Of a stretch of 60,520 nt of DNA, positions 38,343 through 49,222 are shown piece after piece. Position 1 is the stretch's first letter. Each line of letters begins with the position of its first letter. The translations under genes were made by a program, and so were the position numbers. The notes beneath the pieces are model-generated. The model saw only the letters and a list, made by a program, of their open reading frames with translations, had not been told where the DNA came from and ran no database searches. The stretch is from a virus (Duplodnaviria; Caudoviricetes). Location: positions 1-60,520 of the IMG/VR virus record IMGVR_UViG_3300001683_000034, one strand, 5' to 3'.

Positions 38343-38927
38343 CTAAATTAGATCTTTATTTTTTGGTGATGTTTCGGCTCCAACACGCATTCCTACATCT
38401 GCTGTCTTATGCCCAACATCTATTGTTCTTTTACCAACGATTGAATCTATTATTTTTCCAGGGCCAGGTATATTATTCAATGCGTATTCTAAGTATTCTA
38501 TGAATCTCGCTCTAGCCTGGCTGTTTTTTTCGTACTCAAGTAGTTCATCTAGTACCACTCTTGCACCATAGTCTTTGGCTATTTTGCCAGAAACGACCGG
38601 AACTATATGAGGATGCAGCTCTTTGATGTTCTTAGAAGATTTTATCTTCTCCTTGAGATCATCAATAAGGCCTACTGGCTTGTCTACAAACGGAATGTGG
38701 ATTTTAGACTGAACCAAGAATCCCATATCTATGGACTTTTGAATTATCTCTCTATCTGCCTTGGAGACCTCTGCAGTAACTTTAGCAGTAGGACTGTCTG
38801 CAGTTAAAACAAAATTGTCAACCGCATAAAACTGCCTGGTCTTCATGTTTAATGAGACATAGGTATTAGTTTTAATTGGCTTCAATCCTATCGGAGACTC
38901 TGCCTCATCTGAGATCTTTATTACCAT
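38343..38927 (-). CDS. Hypothetical head-region protein
   Basis: 194-aa ORF following the major capsid gene. Confidence 0.5.
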   Translation of the reverse strand: MVIKISDEAESPIGLKPIKTNTYVSLNMKTRQFYAVDNFVLTADSPTAKVTAEVSKADREIIQKSIDMGFLVQSKIHIPFVDKPVGLIDDLKEKIKSSKNIKELHPHIVPVVSGKIAKDYGARVVLDELLEYEKNSQARARFIEYLEYALNNIPGPGKIIDSIVGKRTIDVGHKTADVGMRVGAETSPKNKDLI

Positions 38928-38945
38928 TTTACCTACTTAAATCTA

Positions 38946-38973
38946 AGCCCGGGGGCGAGGAAGCCCCCGGGCT
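38946..38973 (-). terminator. Perfect GC-rich stem-loop after the major capsid gene
   Basis: AGCCCGGGGGC-6 nt-GCCCCCGGGCT (11-bp stem). The weak U-tract (TAGATTT) suggests partial termination or mRNA stabilisation. Confidence 0.7.
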
Positions 38974-38998
38974 AATCAGCTCAACTTAACAAACAATC

Positions 38999-40465
38999 CT
39001 AGCTAGGACTGTAAGCACTACCGCCATAAACTGAAGTACTCACTTCACCAGTACCAAATTGAAGCACTGGAGTCGATTCAGGATCTATCGACTTATCAAT
39101 GACTATGCCTTTAGCAGTCCTAATGGCTTGGCCATTATTGATGTTTTCGACAGCATAACGTTCGCGCAATTTGATCTTGCGAATATCACGTGCCGGATCA
39201 TCAAACTCCTCAGTAACAACATCTTCGTCTACTACGAGAACGCCGATCTCATTGGTATCGACCATCCAGAACTCAGTTTTATTGTTAGTAGCGTCGTAGG
39301 GGACAAAAGGACTAACAATGATGTTGAGTGAAGCAGGGAATCCTGCTGGGAGCCTTGACGCAGTAGTAGCAATAGCAGAAGGATCAGTTAACTTAGTTTC
39401 CTGATTTAATCCTCCAACACGGAATTCTCCGCCTGAACCAGGGCTACCAGCATAGTTTTGGAACATTTCGCCGTTGTTGGCAAATCCAAATGCACGCAAT
39501 TGGGGATTAAGTGCGAAGGTGAGCCATCCGAATGGATGCATGATGATTGCATTTGGTACATAACCATCATCGACCATACTGGCATACATACGGAAGATAT
39601 CTTCGATGGTAATCGTACCATTCCTAGCGCCATCAATACCGCGACCAAGACTAGTAACAGTGCCAGCTGCAGGCGCAGTAGCATTATCGATATAACCAAC
39701 ACCAGCAGTAGTAATCATGTTGGCAACTTTTTGCTCCTTATGACGGATCAGAGCACGGCCTGCTGCACGCAGATGCATACTCATTACATCAAACAAGGAG
39801 TACCTAAGCATCTCATCAGTGAACTTGACGGCAACACCCGACTTTCCGATGGTCGCAGTCACTTGACCTGCGAATTCCATCGTCTGTTCTGGGTATTCCC
39901 CACCCTCTGGGATATCAGCAGCAGCGAATGCGCCCATAGCCGGGAAGGTTAAACTAGTTCCAACCTGAAAATTAATCCTCTGAAGCAGGGGAGTAAGAGC
40001 AATTGTTGGTTCAATCGCATCCCTAACAATCTGAGAAACAACTTTTGGTATGAGCATTGGCTGCTCAAACGCAAACTGCGTATCGTAAAACTCATCCCTC
40101 TTGATTTTACCAGCCTCAAAGGAGGACTTACGCTTCTGGTCAGCCTGGATCAAATCATCTAAACTAAACCGATGAGAAGGTGCGCCAGGCAGCACACCAT
40201 TGTTTTGCCAGATGCTATGCATCCGATCAAACTTATCATCGAACTCACGCTTCTTAGGTTGTTCGTCAGTAAAGCGTTTGAGCGCTTTAATAGCCTGACT
40301 ATCCAACCCTTCTTCTTCTAGCTTTTCAGCTAAAGCACCGTCTACGGCGTTGGTGATACCATTCTCAGTATCTTCAACAAGGCGAAGAATCGTATTCTTT
40401 TGCCCCTCATCGAAGTTCTGCTCAATAGCATCTTCGTCAACGCCAATTAACCTATCTTGACTCAT
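38999..40465 (-). CDS. Major capsid protein (HK97 fold)
   Basis: LIPKVVSQIVRDAIEP..AADIPEGGEYPE..IGKSGVAVKFTDEML..AGRALIRHKE..PNAIIMHP..IIVSPFVP..DIRKIKLRERY. AAGGAG RBS. Confidence 0.88.
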   Translation of the reverse strand: MSQDRLIGVDEDAIEQNFDEGQKNTILRLVEDTENGITNAVDGALAEKLEEEGLDSQAIKALKRFTDEQPKKREFDDKFDRMHSIWQNNGVLPGAPSHRFSLDDLIQADQKRKSSFEAGKIKRDEFYDTQFAFEQPMLIPKVVSQIVRDAIEPTIALTPLLQRINFQVGTSLTFPAMGAFAAADIPEGGEYPEQTMEFAGQVTATIGKSGVAVKFTDEMLRYSLFDVMSMHLRAAGRALIRHKEQKVANMITTAGVGYIDNATAPAAGTVTSLGRGIDGARNGTITIEDIFRMYASMVDDGYVPNAIIMHPFGWLTFALNPQLRAFGFANNGEMFQNYAGSPGSGGEFRVGGLNQETKLTDPSAIATTASRLPAGFPASLNIIVSPFVPYDATNNKTEFWMVDTNEIGVLVVDEDVVTEEFDDPARDIRKIKLRERYAVENINNGQAIRTAKGIVIDKSIDPESTPVLQFGTGEVSTSVYGGSAYSPS

Positions 40466-40474
40466 TTTTTCTCC

Positions 40475-41410
40475 TTAAAGATCCACTTTGATTACAAGAG
40501 CAAAGAAATCACCACTACCATCTATAGTAGCATGCTCAAACATTGCAGGAATTCCCTGAGTACCAGAACCACTCAAGCCTAAGCCAGGTACAGTTTGTAC
40601 TCTTTTAAGAGTGTTAAACTGCTGATCGGCATTCTGATTACTAACAGTTCCCGCACCGATCAAGCTTGCTACGGTGTCGTTAGTAGTACCAGCAATTGTT
40701 CCAACGCGGTACTTATCGATGCAACGACCAACAACATAGTTGGCTGAAGCTGCAGCACCATCCCAGGCGACTAATCGACCAGGCGAATTTGCAGCAGTTA
40801 CGTTTGTCACAGGATTCCAAGTAGCTGCAGCACCACCGTCTCCATCTACTCTTACAAGGTCTCCCGGCTCAATAGCACGTTCTCCAATAGTGACTGCAGG
40901 AATCACAACAGAGTAGTTACCCATCAACAGAGAAGGCATCAAGTCACGACTGTAATTCGTGTACTTAGTTTTGAGTAGGTTGGAGTAGACCGGGGCAGTA
41001 ATTACACCAACTGGTCTTACTCCAGTCACAGTAGCAGCACTTGCGCCGAGCGGCGCATCTGCGCGTGCAGTAGTACTATCTAGATCGTCGGTCCCAAAGT
41101 CAACATCGTTCTGAGCATATGTTACTGTGTAAGCACCCCAGCACGCAGGGACAAGACCCCTAGCGGCTTCTTCTGCATTCGGGTATGTGTTATCTACACT
41201 TATCGCTGCTGTCGCTGCTCCAGTATTTAACCTACCAACGAATGTTCCAGGAAGCAGGACGATGGGGTCATCATCATGCAACTTGTCTAACATCGCGACA
41301 GGGAGAAAGTTCGCAGCCCTGAGGCCTTGAATCGAAGGACGTACACCTTCGTAAAGTTCTTGGTATGGGTGATGAATTTTCCCATAGCCTCTTCCAGTTC
41401 GAATAGCCAT
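40475..41410 (-). CDS. Putative capsid decoration/head structural protein
   Basis: 311 aa, Ala/Gly/Thr-rich, between the protease and major capsid genes. GAGG RBS. Confidence 0.55.
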   Translation of the reverse strand: MAIRTGRGYGKIHHPYQELYEGVRPSIQGLRAANFLPVAMLDKLHDDDPIVLLPGTFVGRLNTGAATAAISVDNTYPNAEEAARGLVPACWGAYTVTYAQNDVDFGTDDLDSTTARADAPLGASAATVTGVRPVGVITAPVYSNLLKTKYTNYSRDLMPSLLMGNYSVVIPAVTIGERAIEPGDLVRVDGDGGAAATWNPVTNVTAANSPGRLVAWDGAAASANYVVGRCIDKYRVGTIAGTTNDTVASLIGAGTVSNQNADQQFNTLKRVQTVPGLGLSGSGTQGIPAMFEHATIDGSGDFFALVIKVDL

Positions 41411-41423
41411 TTAATTACCTCTT

Positions 41424-43091
41424 CTAAATTTGATCCATTGGATCAATGTCTGTTTTCTTGATAGTCGATACATTTTCCTCTTTCACAGATTTGGCCACAG
41501 GAGGTTTCTCCTCAACCCTATCTTTTATGAAAGATGGTAATCCATTAGACTTGAAACTACTTGCTAGCTCAGGCACTAGATCCTCAATGCTATCTCTAAG
41601 GCTTTCAACACTTCTCGCTGCAACATGAGTCACTGCCTCTCCGAAGCTTTGGTGATCGGCTACCGATTTCACCTGCGGCTTATGGAGTTGCATTTGCATA
41701 GTGACCAGTTGAGAGGCGAGCTGCTTTTTGAATTCCTCAGTAATGGCAGCATTCTCATCCATTAAGCAATTGTACTCACTTATCTTAGTGTCGTACAACT
41801 GCTTTGCCTTCGCCAGTTCTGCTTCAAGTTCTGCAGTTCTAGACTGACTATCTTCTAAAGCCTTTTCCAAGACAACAACTGTCCTATCTAGAGGCTTATC
41901 CGTATCATCCGTATTTTTCGCAACATCGGTATCTTTAATCTCGTTCTCTTTCTTGGTACTCATAATATTTTGAGCATCCTTCCCACCTTCAGGATCATTT
42001 AATTCTCCTGATTGTTTATCGGTATTGATTTTTGAACTACTTATTAATGAACTGCCGGCCAGCTCCTTAATTACTTCATGTTTTAGCATATTTTTAATGC
42101 TGGCAGCCATCTCCTCTATATTGTAGTTGGCGTTTGTGTCGCCTAGACCAAGAGACTTAGGCCAATCTAATTTTTTGCTGCGTGACCCATCTTTATCCAT
42201 ATCGAATCCTTCAGGAACAGCAACCCTTACAGCACGCTTTGCGTTATCTTGCCCATAAGGAATTTCATCTTTATCGTCTGGAGATCTAATCAATTCTGTC
42301 ACCCTGCCTTCTGAGTCCGCTAGCACTATTGAGCAGACTCCACCAAGAGTATCTGCGGTAACAACTTCTACTGTTTGTTCTTTTGATTCTGGAACTATAG
42401 CGCTATCAAAATCTGCGCTTAATATTCCTGCGAGTTCATTGGCGGGGTGGTTCACAAATGAGCATTCCATATATTTCATCTTACCTGTAACAAGATAAGC
42501 TCTATATTTTACTCCTTCTAGGTCGTAGACTCTTCCTGGCCTGTGATTACAGACTTCTTCTTCGTCAGTATCACTTAGCCAATCATGGCCACATATGGAG
42601 CAATATGCCTTGTTGCTGCTTTGTCCAGTAGAAACAGTTTTATATCGTCCGTCTAGTATCTTTTGTTGTGCATCTTTATCAGAAACAGTTCCGCTTATAA
42701 CGATATATCCAGATCCCGGCTTTGTACCATGATCTGGATTCTTCCAATCGTTCTTAAATCGATCATCTTCCCATAGCTGTACAAATTTTTGCGAATCTAT
42801 TCTACCTATCGGTTCAGATTTAGAATCGTGATGCTTCAGGAATGGTTTGTCATAACCAGCTGTGCCTCCATTGTCTTTGGAGACCCAAGAAGATGCGCCT
42901 GCTTTTACTCCACTACCGGGATAAACACGATTATTAAGTAAGTAGCCGGAGTGAGTTGCTTTAATAGTTACCCTGAAGCTAGGGGCATTAATAGAAGAAT
43001 ATAAATCTTCTAAAAGATTGTTAGCGTCAGTATATATATCAGATCTTTCTGGCATACCAAAGAGATCGGTAAATCGAACTTCTCTGTTCAT
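41424..43091 (-). CDS. Prohead protease with a C-terminal scaffold-like coiled coil
   Basis: ATHSG..NNRVY..KPFLKHHD..PIGRI..KILDGRYKTVSTG..CSICG..CNHRPG..ECSFVNHPA, then an acidic coiled-coil C-terminus. Confidence 0.8.
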   Translation of the reverse strand: MNREVRFTDLFGMPERSDIYTDANNLLEDLYSSINAPSFRVTIKATHSGYLLNNRVYPGSGVKAGASSWVSKDNGGTAGYDKPFLKHHDSKSEPIGRIDSQKFVQLWEDDRFKNDWKNPDHGTKPGSGYIVISGTVSDKDAQQKILDGRYKTVSTGQSSNKAYCSICGHDWLSDTDEEEVCNHRPGRVYDLEGVKYRAYLVTGKMKYMECSFVNHPANELAGILSADFDSAIVPESKEQTVEVVTADTLGGVCSIVLADSEGRVTELIRSPDDKDEIPYGQDNAKRAVRVAVPEGFDMDKDGSRSKKLDWPKSLGLGDTNANYNIEEMAASIKNMLKHEVIKELAGSSLISSSKINTDKQSGELNDPEGGKDAQNIMSTKKENEIKDTDVAKNTDDTDKPLDRTVVVLEKALEDSQSRTAELEAELAKAKQLYDTKISEYNCLMDENAAITEEFKKQLASQLVTMQMQLHKPQVKSVADHQSFGEAVTHVAARSVESLRDSIEDLVPELASSFKSNGLPSFIKDRVEEKPPVAKSVKEENVSTIKKTDIDPMDQI

Positions 43092-45265
43092 TACTCATCT
43101 CCCTTGTCGGTATCTATATCTTCATCTATCACACATGTGGTATTTAACCGTATATGTGGACCAGAAACATCTCTTTTGCTTACCGAAGCAATCGGCATAA
43201 CCACTTCTTTCTCTAGATCAAGTGTTCCATCTTCGTTAATGCTATTATACATAACTCTGATATTCTTCCTACCAGCCTTCTGTAACGTAGTCATGTATCC
43301 GTACTTATAAGCAAAGTCCGCGGTTTGGACTGTCATCATATCTAACTCAACTTTTAATGCGTCAAAGATGCTAGACGCCTTAGCCGGGTCTAAGTCAAGT
43401 TTTACTTCATTATCTAAATCTATCTTCAACATTATCATAGCCTTACGATTGAGCTTTATCAACGGTATACGTATGTGCTTAGACAAAAATAGACTGATAT
43501 CGTCCTTAGATACTAGCTTATTGGTATGTATATCTTTGCGTGCTTTCTTTGCTCCGCTCTCTATTTCAGGCAATAAGTACTTTTTTGCATCAGACATCAT
43601 TGCATCTGTTTTTAATATTAATATTTTCTTTATATCATTAGACTTAGTGACCTTGTTGTACTTACCGTTTCTAGCACTAAGGCCACATATATCCTCACAC
43701 ATTTCTGACCATGAGTAAGAGAACTGATTGAATAGCTCTTTCATCATTAGACTATTCTGAGCAACTGATTTTTTAGTAGTGGCAGTACCATGCTGGTTAG
43801 TCGGGCGAGCTTTATTGGTGACGGTGTTGGCGGATCCTTGTGAACTGCCTGGGCCCTGTTCGTTCATTGCACCAATCTCGGCTAATGGCTTAGTATATAA
43901 CTCGTGGAAAGTATTCTTTCTATCTCCATCAGCATACGGTTCTCGATTGAGATAGTCCGTTCTTAGCTCATCCTCTGTTATAGCATTCTGCATAAATAGC
44001 TGAATACCATGGTTCTGATGAGCTCTAGCCTCTTCTCTATCTATGTCTGGGAATCTCAGAGAGACCCGTACGTCGCTGACTAGGTTAAATCCACCCTCTA
44101 ATAGTATGATATCAACTATCTTGGCGGTGAACATTTCAGAAAATACATTCTGTATTTCTGAACATGCATCGACTAAATTCTTTGTAACCGTCTGCGCAGT
44201 AGCCTTATTCGCAGTATCGCCTCTGCCTAGGTCTATTCCAGATAACCTCAGGCCGCCAAGAACCCTACTCTCAAAGTGAGAGAGATAGGGTTCTAAATCT
44301 AATACCTGGCCTTCTGTGCCAAGCATGTTTATCTCTACTCTTTCAGAGGTGACTAGCCCACCCTCTGGAGGTAATGCATCTACTTGTGCTCCAATAACAT
44401 CTACCTCTGAGAGTGTCTGTCCGTCTGGAGATGTTATATATCCAGCTGGCTTATCTTTTGATCCTACCTTGGCATGGAATAGAGGGAATGTATGCTTGTG
44501 GGTTACTAGCTCGGCTAGTTCCTCTAGCCTTCTCAAAGCTCTGATGTCTTCAAGCACAGGCACTATATATGGTGTACCAAAGGTAAAGCCAGACTTTCTA
44601 TCCAAATGGAAGTGTACAACGTCGGAAGCCCTGAACTTTCTAGTTTTCTCAGAGTCCCATATCTTTTGTTTCCACTCTACTGGCCTGCCAAAATCATTCT
44701 TTTTTACTGCCATACTAGTAGGATCTGCCGGATACAAGCCAGAAATAGGCTGCATCGTTTTACCAAACATCCTAATAGGAGAGCCACTAGACCTAAGGGG
44801 GTCTCTCTTTATCACAAGGATAGCATTGCCGTAGGCAATCAGGTTAGTCAAAAGCTCTCTTACAATAGCAGAGATAGGTTCGCCAGTTATAAGCTCTATT
44901 TCTTCAAATCGTTTTTTTACATACGCTATAGCTTCTTTATCTGTACCGTGCAGATGCCATCCTTCTTTCATGGATAGCTCTCTGTGCCTTCTGACAGAAG
45001 CAGCAAAGAACGATTCTACATCTAGCGTCTTGCCTATTTCCCCAAGGTTGTACATTGGAGTGATATAGTTGCCGTCTCCCCCTAGACTGGGGTAGCCTCT
45101 TGCTGTTAGGCTCGTTTTATAGTAGAGCGTAGATACAGCTTGTCGCGGAGATTCCTTAACAGTAGACTCTACGCTAGAAGGCTTAGTCTTGCGGACAAGC
45201 CTAAGATCCTCTTGCTCTGGTTTAGTAGTAGAGAACACTGACGCTATTCTACCGAGAAGACCCAT
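43091..45265 (-). CDS. Portal protein
   Basis: LIAYGNAILVIKR..LYPADPTSM..DVVHFH..FGTPYIVPVLEDIRALRRLEE..LGRGDTANKATA..NAITEDELR. Lies between terL and the protease. Confidence 0.82.
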   Translation of the reverse strand: MGLLGRIASVFSTTKPEQEDLRLVRKTKPSSVESTVKESPRQAVSTLYYKTSLTARGYPSLGGDGNYITPMYNLGEIGKTLDVESFFAASVRRHRELSMKEGWHLHGTDKEAIAYVKKRFEEIELITGEPISAIVRELLTNLIAYGNAILVIKRDPLRSSGSPIRMFGKTMQPISGLYPADPTSMAVKKNDFGRPVEWKQKIWDSEKTRKFRASDVVHFHLDRKSGFTFGTPYIVPVLEDIRALRRLEELAELVTHKHTFPLFHAKVGSKDKPAGYITSPDGQTLSEVDVIGAQVDALPPEGGLVTSERVEINMLGTEGQVLDLEPYLSHFESRVLGGLRLSGIDLGRGDTANKATAQTVTKNLVDACSEIQNVFSEMFTAKIVDIILLEGGFNLVSDVRVSLRFPDIDREEARAHQNHGIQLFMQNAITEDELRTDYLNREPYADGDRKNTFHELYTKPLAEIGAMNEQGPGSSQGSANTVTNKARPTNQHGTATTKKSVAQNSLMMKELFNQFSYSWSEMCEDICGLSARNGKYNKVTKSNDIKKILILKTDAMMSDAKKYLLPEIESGAKKARKDIHTNKLVSKDDISLFLSKHIRIPLIKLNRKAMIMLKIDLDNEVKLDLDPAKASSIFDALKVELDMMTVQTADFAYKYGYMTTLQKAGRKNIRVMYNSINEDGTLDLEKEVVMPIASVSKRDVSGPHIRLNTTCVIDEDIDTDKGDE

Positions 45266-47183
45266 CTGATTCCTTTAACATCTTTTTAATCTCTTCGTCG
45301 CTAATTTCCATTTTACAAGTCTTAAGTATGTTCCTTATCACTTCTTCTGATGTTTCTGGCTGATTAAACTTATCAATAGCCGGAATAGTCGTAGTATTGC
45401 TCAAACCAAAGAGGCTTGAGCTTTGACTAACTCTTATCGGCTTATTGTCAGAAAAGTACCTTTCTCGTAAATCATCAGGAATATCAATTGTATACTGATT
45501 CGACGGTATACTTAACCCACCTACAACCTCATCTATCATATTATCTACAACATCGTCAGACATATTATAGCATTCATCAAGAGACTGTTCTAATATAGAG
45601 GATAATATCATGTCCATATGGCTTAGTCCTCTTAGCTGCCATTTCGTCTGTACGGTCTCAATATTTCTCCATACTATGATAGACTGCTGTTTTTCGCTAT
45701 CTGTCTCATTAGATCCTATTTCACTAACAATATCTTCGACAAAATCTAACATAGATTTAAACATATCATGGAATAATTTGCATTTTACATAAAGATTTTC
45801 CATTATAGGTGTATTCATTCGAGAAAACCAAGAATTATTTATCCTTCCTATGACGCCCATCACCATATGCTTTATATGTTTTATATACATAAAATCTGCA
45901 TTTGCACCAGATAGCTGTGCAACAGTTTTCTTTGCGTACCTGGCGGATAAATTTACAGAGAGTGTTTTTGACGCGGCTCTTAAAACTACCTTAATTAGCT
46001 TAATAGTTTTTTTATCTGCGATACCGTGCTTAGCCATTATTCTGAATAAGCAGCATATCTGATCTTTAGTAACTCGATAGGCGCTAGTTTGTGCTACATT
46101 GTTTACAAGAACTCTTTGTTCATTCGAATTGAATCTCATGAATTGAGATGTTGTAGCACACATATTTTTAAAATTATTTTTAAAGGCTGCTAGAAACTCA
46201 TCCTTCAAATGGTCTGATACATAATCTTCATTGCCTGATCGAGGTAACTTGTCTCCAAGATTCAGTCTTATATTAGCTTCATGAGAATATGTAGGATAAT
46301 ACCTATACATATCTACCGATGTATTTCTAGATTGCCTAAGACCAACATAGTTTATCCAGAGATCATACTTTGGATCTAAAGATGGATAGATATATCCAAT
46401 CACATAATCTAATATTATTTTATAATCATTTTGAGATATTTTCTCTAAGGCTAACTCATCCATTCTACTAAATGTAAATTCTTCTGGGGCAGATGAAGAA
46501 ACAGAAGATGATGATGAACCACGACCAACATTACGAATTGCCTGAATCAACTCCTTGTTTAGCACATCTATCGCAGAGGCAAAAGCAATAGCAATGACTA
46601 ATTTCATTGCACCATACGCAGCTCCTTCTGGATGTTCTGATGGTGGAGATATTTTAAGTATCTCTGGCACATTAAATATATCTTGAAATTTATGTATTGC
46701 ATAATTCAATAAATAGACTGAATCAAACATTAAAAGATCATTATCGGAAATTCCATGAATAATCCTGTGTTTAAATCTCCTAGTAGTAGTAGAGTCTAAA
46801 CTAGGATTACCTGTCATCGATTCAGAAATAGTTAGAGTGTAATTAAGTTGAACCTGCTCATACTTTTTTACTGCAGTAAGAAATAAATGAAAACTTATTC
46901 TTGCGCCATCCGCTTCCGATGGATCTTTTCTTGCTACGGCGGCCCTTACGTCCTGCACGATAGGATCTACAGGGACATGCGTTGCCCTACACTTCTCATC
47001 TAATAAGTTAAGCAACTCATTAGATAACATTATATTATCTTTTATATCACTAAATATCTCCTGCACTTCCTTTTCTGCTTCGTCCTCTATATTCGTATTA
47101 ATTACTGGCGACCCCTTAGGAGGATCTTCAGTAAGACTCCGCTCTCTTTCAAAGGGTTTTGGTTTTTTAGAGAATATACCCAT
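45249..47183 (-). CDS. Hypothetical protein between the terminase and portal genes
   Basis: 644-aa helical-looking ORF overlapping both neighbours. No motif recognised. Confidence 0.55.
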   Translation of the reverse strand: MGIFSKKPKPFERERSLTEDPPKGSPVINTNIEDEAEKEVQEIFSDIKDNIMLSNELLNLLDEKCRATHVPVDPIVQDVRAAVARKDPSEADGARISFHLFLTAVKKYEQVQLNYTLTISESMTGNPSLDSTTTRRFKHRIIHGISDNDLLMFDSVYLLNYAIHKFQDIFNVPEILKISPPSEHPEGAAYGAMKLVIAIAFASAIDVLNKELIQAIRNVGRGSSSSSVSSSAPEEFTFSRMDELALEKISQNDYKIILDYVIGYIYPSLDPKYDLWINYVGLRQSRNTSVDMYRYYPTYSHEANIRLNLGDKLPRSGNEDYVSDHLKDEFLAAFKNNFKNMCATTSQFMRFNSNEQRVLVNNVAQTSAYRVTKDQICCLFRIMAKHGIADKKTIKLIKVVLRAASKTLSVNLSARYAKKTVAQLSGANADFMYIKHIKHMVMGVIGRINNSWFSRMNTPIMENLYVKCKLFHDMFKSMLDFVEDIVSEIGSNETDSEKQQSIIVWRNIETVQTKWQLRGLSHMDMILSSILEQSLDECYNMSDDVVDNMIDEVVGGLSIPSNQYTIDIPDDLRERYFSDNKPIRVSQSSSLFGLSNTTTIPAIDKFNQPETSEEVIRNILKTCKMEISDEEIKKMLKESDGSSR

Positions 47184-49222
47184 CAGATGTTACCTCGACC
47201 AAACCGGTTGCCCCTAGGAGTGTTACCATGATATCTTGTTCTACCTCGAACTGAATCTCCTCTAGAGCGATTAGTGGCCTGTCTCCTAGCGACATACACT
47301 CCTATGTCGTTTCCTCCTACTAATGTTTCTTTATCTTCATCTGTCCTTTTCTCTGGCTTTAGATCTTTTTGCATTTTCTTACTGAATTTCTTTGCCTCTT
47401 CTAAATCTATTTGACGCTCAGTGATATTACTCAACTCGGGAAATGGTGAGTCGTTATCATGGTCACTGCCTACACCAATAGAATAAGCAATATCCATAAC
47501 GTGTTCTACCTTTTTTATATCACTAAACTCTAAGATATGACCCATGATACATAGCATCCATGCGGTAAGAGTATGCTCGTAGTCTTGAGAATAAGTAGGT
47601 ACACCACTTGGACTATACTTAACTATCTTGAATGCTCGCATTTGCTGAACAATACCTATATTTGCGAAGGGTATCTCACTGGGTACGATCCTTGTAGTTG
47701 TATCTTCACCTGCAGGCATTAATACCTGCTTCATCTCCATTGTTCGGCATGACGCATCTACCATGAACTGTTTTACTGGTTTCTTGATAGGCATACCGCT
47801 GACTGGATCGGTTATCTCTATGTTAGAGTTCATAGTCATGGGCTTGACTCGCTCTTTGTAGTTGGTGTGTTCGTTGGGGTAATCCATATCATATTTCCAC
47901 ATCATCTCAACTTGGACGTGTCCATATCCAGCATCTACATAGATATATGCAGTTTGATTACCCCATACTTTATCAAGCTCCATTATTTTCTTGATAGCTT
48001 CTATCTGCTGAAATTCCTGAGTCCGTATTATATGTTTGTCTACTGTTTTATACATGAGTCTACCATCTACATTCATGGCCTCAGTAACAATTATATGTGT
48101 GCCTGTAGTCTTACCCCAGTCTACTCCTATAACGTACTTAGATTCTGTATGTGGGATACAATCTTCATAAGTATAGTCAGCCAGGCACGCGTTAACGTCC
48201 TCACTTCTAAACACACCTTCAGCTTCGTCACCAAACTCAGCAAGAAACTCTCGTTCGTATCCAGTCTTTGAGTAGTTCTGCTTAAACATATGATCTACTT
48301 TTGGAGTCCAACTAGGAGATTCCGCAGATATAAACCAGAACTCTTTAAAGCCTTGGCTCTTGTCACAACACCAGTTATATAGTTTTTTACGTATTCCGGT
48401 AGGTGTGGATGAGACAATGAGTTCGCAAGTCGGATGAGAAGCCATTATCGCCATGATTACTTCGATATCGCTGTCATTGATATAATCAACTTCGTCCATG
48501 ATAATAAAATCTGCGTCCTGACCACGAACCTTATCGGATTTTGCGCCCGAATGTGCACCAGAAGACCAGCCTCGAATAACTCCACCTGAGCTGAATTCAA
48601 TCATTTGTGGATTAAGGACATTCCTCTTAATCATGCCTGGCATATTTAGTGTGGAGGACCGGCCTATAAAATCACGCATAGTGTCAAAAATCTTTGCGAC
48701 CTGTGGCTGATACGGGGCGAGTACTAATATCTCAAATTGCCTATCAGTTAATCCACCATTAGTAAATAATTTCCAAAGAGCAAGAACACTCATCGATTCA
48801 GTTTTACCCACACGACGTCCTGCACGAATGGCCTTAAACTGAGATGAACATCGCATGACCTCTTTCTGATACCATCTAGCCTCCCAGCCAAATTCAAACT
48901 TAGCCCAAGCAACTGGGTCTTGTAGCATTTTATAGTTCTGGAACTCTTCGTCAGATAAGCCTTGATTTTTCATCTTCTTGGCTAGCAGCCGATAGTCGCC
49001 TTCACAGGTAGGTATGAATGGTTCGGAAGTAAAACCCTTGCTATGCATATCTTGATAGTAATCTACACACTTTCTGCAGAAATGACAATCTCGACCAAGC
49101 ATAGGCTTATAGTCGGATCCTTTATAGTCATCCATTGGCCTATATTTTTCACCAAAATCAATGCCTATTTTAATGGGCTTTTCGCCCTCAATCCTAATCT
49201 CATTCTTCTTTTTATCAGACAT
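47183..49222 (-). CDS. terL: Terminase large subunit
   Basis: ARWYQ, Walker A AGRRVGKT, RGQDADFIIMDE (Walker B), SSTP, EFLAEF, nuclease GVDWG, YVDAGYG. Start placed at MSDKK (49222); the track gives 49240. Confidence 0.92.
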   Translation of the reverse strand: MSDKKKNEIRIEGEKPIKIGIDFGEKYRPMDDYKGSDYKPMLGRDCHFCRKCVDYYQDMHSKGFTSEPFIPTCEGDYRLLAKKMKNQGLSDEEFQNYKMLQDPVAWAKFEFGWEARWYQKEVMRCSSQFKAIRAGRRVGKTESMSVLALWKLFTNGGLTDRQFEILVLAPYQPQVAKIFDTMRDFIGRSSTLNMPGMIKRNVLNPQMIEFSSGGVIRGWSSGAHSGAKSDKVRGQDADFIIMDEVDYINDSDIEVIMAIMASHPTCELIVSSTPTGIRKKLYNWCCDKSQGFKEFWFISAESPSWTPKVDHMFKQNYSKTGYEREFLAEFGDEAEGVFRSEDVNACLADYTYEDCIPHTESKYVIGVDWGKTTGTHIIVTEAMNVDGRLMYKTVDKHIIRTQEFQQIEAIKKIMELDKVWGNQTAYIYVDAGYGHVQVEMMWKYDMDYPNEHTNYKERVKPMTMNSNIEITDPVSGMPIKKPVKQFMVDASCRTMEMKQVLMPAGEDTTTRIVPSEIPFANIGIVQQMRAFKIVKYSPSGVPTYSQDYEHTLTAWMLCIMGHILEFSDIKKVEHVMDIAYSIGVGSDHDNDSPFPELSNITERQIDLEEAKKFSKKMQKDLKPEKRTDEDKETLVGGNDIGVYVARRQATNRSRGDSVRGRTRYHGNTPRGNRFGRGNI

